Shown in pieces: positions 63,223 to 64,000 of a stretch of DNA of 64,000 nt (within the stretch, counting starts at the first letter, position 1; each line of letters opens with the position of its first letter). Both the position numbers and the translations under genes were made by a program. The stretch is from Tubiluchus corallicola (lineage: Eukaryota; Animalia; Priapulida), in the NCBI GenBank assembly GCA_030141605.1, contig JAQGDQ010000014.1, positions 310,001-374,000 of the forward strand, read 5' to 3'. The notes under the pieces were generated by a model. It saw nothing but the letters and a program-made list of their open reading frames with translations, did not search any database and was not told the DNA's origin.

Positions 63223-64000
63223 GAATGAGAATTCGATAGCTATTTCCAGAATGGACGAGGTATGCAGCTGGATGACTTTGAGCAGAAGTTGACCGTTTTT
63301 AGTTAAGGGGTTCTCACTGTGAATCTGGAGGATTCATTGTTATTTGTTTAAACGTCGTATGCATAATTAGTCAGTATCTGTGTAGTAATGGTTCTTATCA
63401 ATACTTATCAACATTTATGTTCAGATTGTGTTGCATCAGTTACACCATAATTAACTGATTTTCTTTAGCTGCAAATGTTATTAGTAAAACTATATAAGCA
63501 AATGCATTTTGTATGCGATGTTCCTTTATTGTTTTGACTTTGAATTACTTCAACTTGCTGGCTTATCGTGCAGTCTGCTGCTGTTATTAATGATGATAAA
63601 ACGACTTGTCCCAAGAGAACGATATTGTATTAATTAATAACGGACCGGCAGTGTGTAAATCAAAGCGATGGCTTCTCGAGTAACTGCCGTGCCCGACAAA
63701 ACAATGCAACGATGGGTCACTAAGCACAGTTTTTCAACTGATAGAAAGAGAGAGAACATTTTTTCAGCGAGCTTGATCCGGTTTATTGATATTCTGATTG
63801 TGCACCTGATTGCCATACAGCCTAGCTTCTTGCTGTAGCTTTTTCATATTCTTTTCACGTTCTAAGATCCTCTGACTCAAGGGAACATTTCTTCTGTTTC
63901 CTGGTTAGCTTGTTCATTTAGGCTGTTCATTATGAACGGTATAAACATAAAGCCCTTTGGTTATTGATAAGAATTATCCGATCACGCCCCTGGAGAATGG

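Noticed and set aside
45000-64000. Downstream NALF exons or nested genes among the many short ORFs
   Set aside because: No exon with the expected AYxxWxC / PCxxxC motifs found by eye; ORFs look like repeats, decayed TEs or chance. A small exon could have been missed.

Overview
AT-rich, intron-containing invertebrate animal DNA; the taxon cannot be fixed from sequence alone. I reconstructed five genes by hand from splice sites and reading phase: a complete 13-exon KAT5/Tip60 acetyltransferase (minus, 744-9592), a divergent aristaless/Arx-type homeobox gene with an OAR motif (plus, 17340-20246), a quiver/sleepless-like GPI-anchored Ly6 three-finger protein (plus, 27326-28285, signal-peptide exon not found), a complete 5-exon DNAJC19/TIM14 (minus, 29660-33616), and the first coding exon of NALF/FAM155, the NALCN auxiliary factor (plus, 44402-44992). 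The last 19 kb is probably NALF intron 1. The remainder is decayed LINEs (one near-full-length copy at 40.0-43.5 kb), hAT/Tc1/Harbinger-type MITEs, tRNA-derived SINE remnants and microsatellites. I found no convincing new multi-gene system. The best leads are a decayed hammerhead ribozyme next to a long inverted repeat (Penelope-like), an AUGA-overlapping uORF on NALF, an Arx-like gene lacking the canonical PRD intron, an unusual Ly6 loop, a pre-miRNA-sized hairpin and a diverged ~170-bp tandem array.
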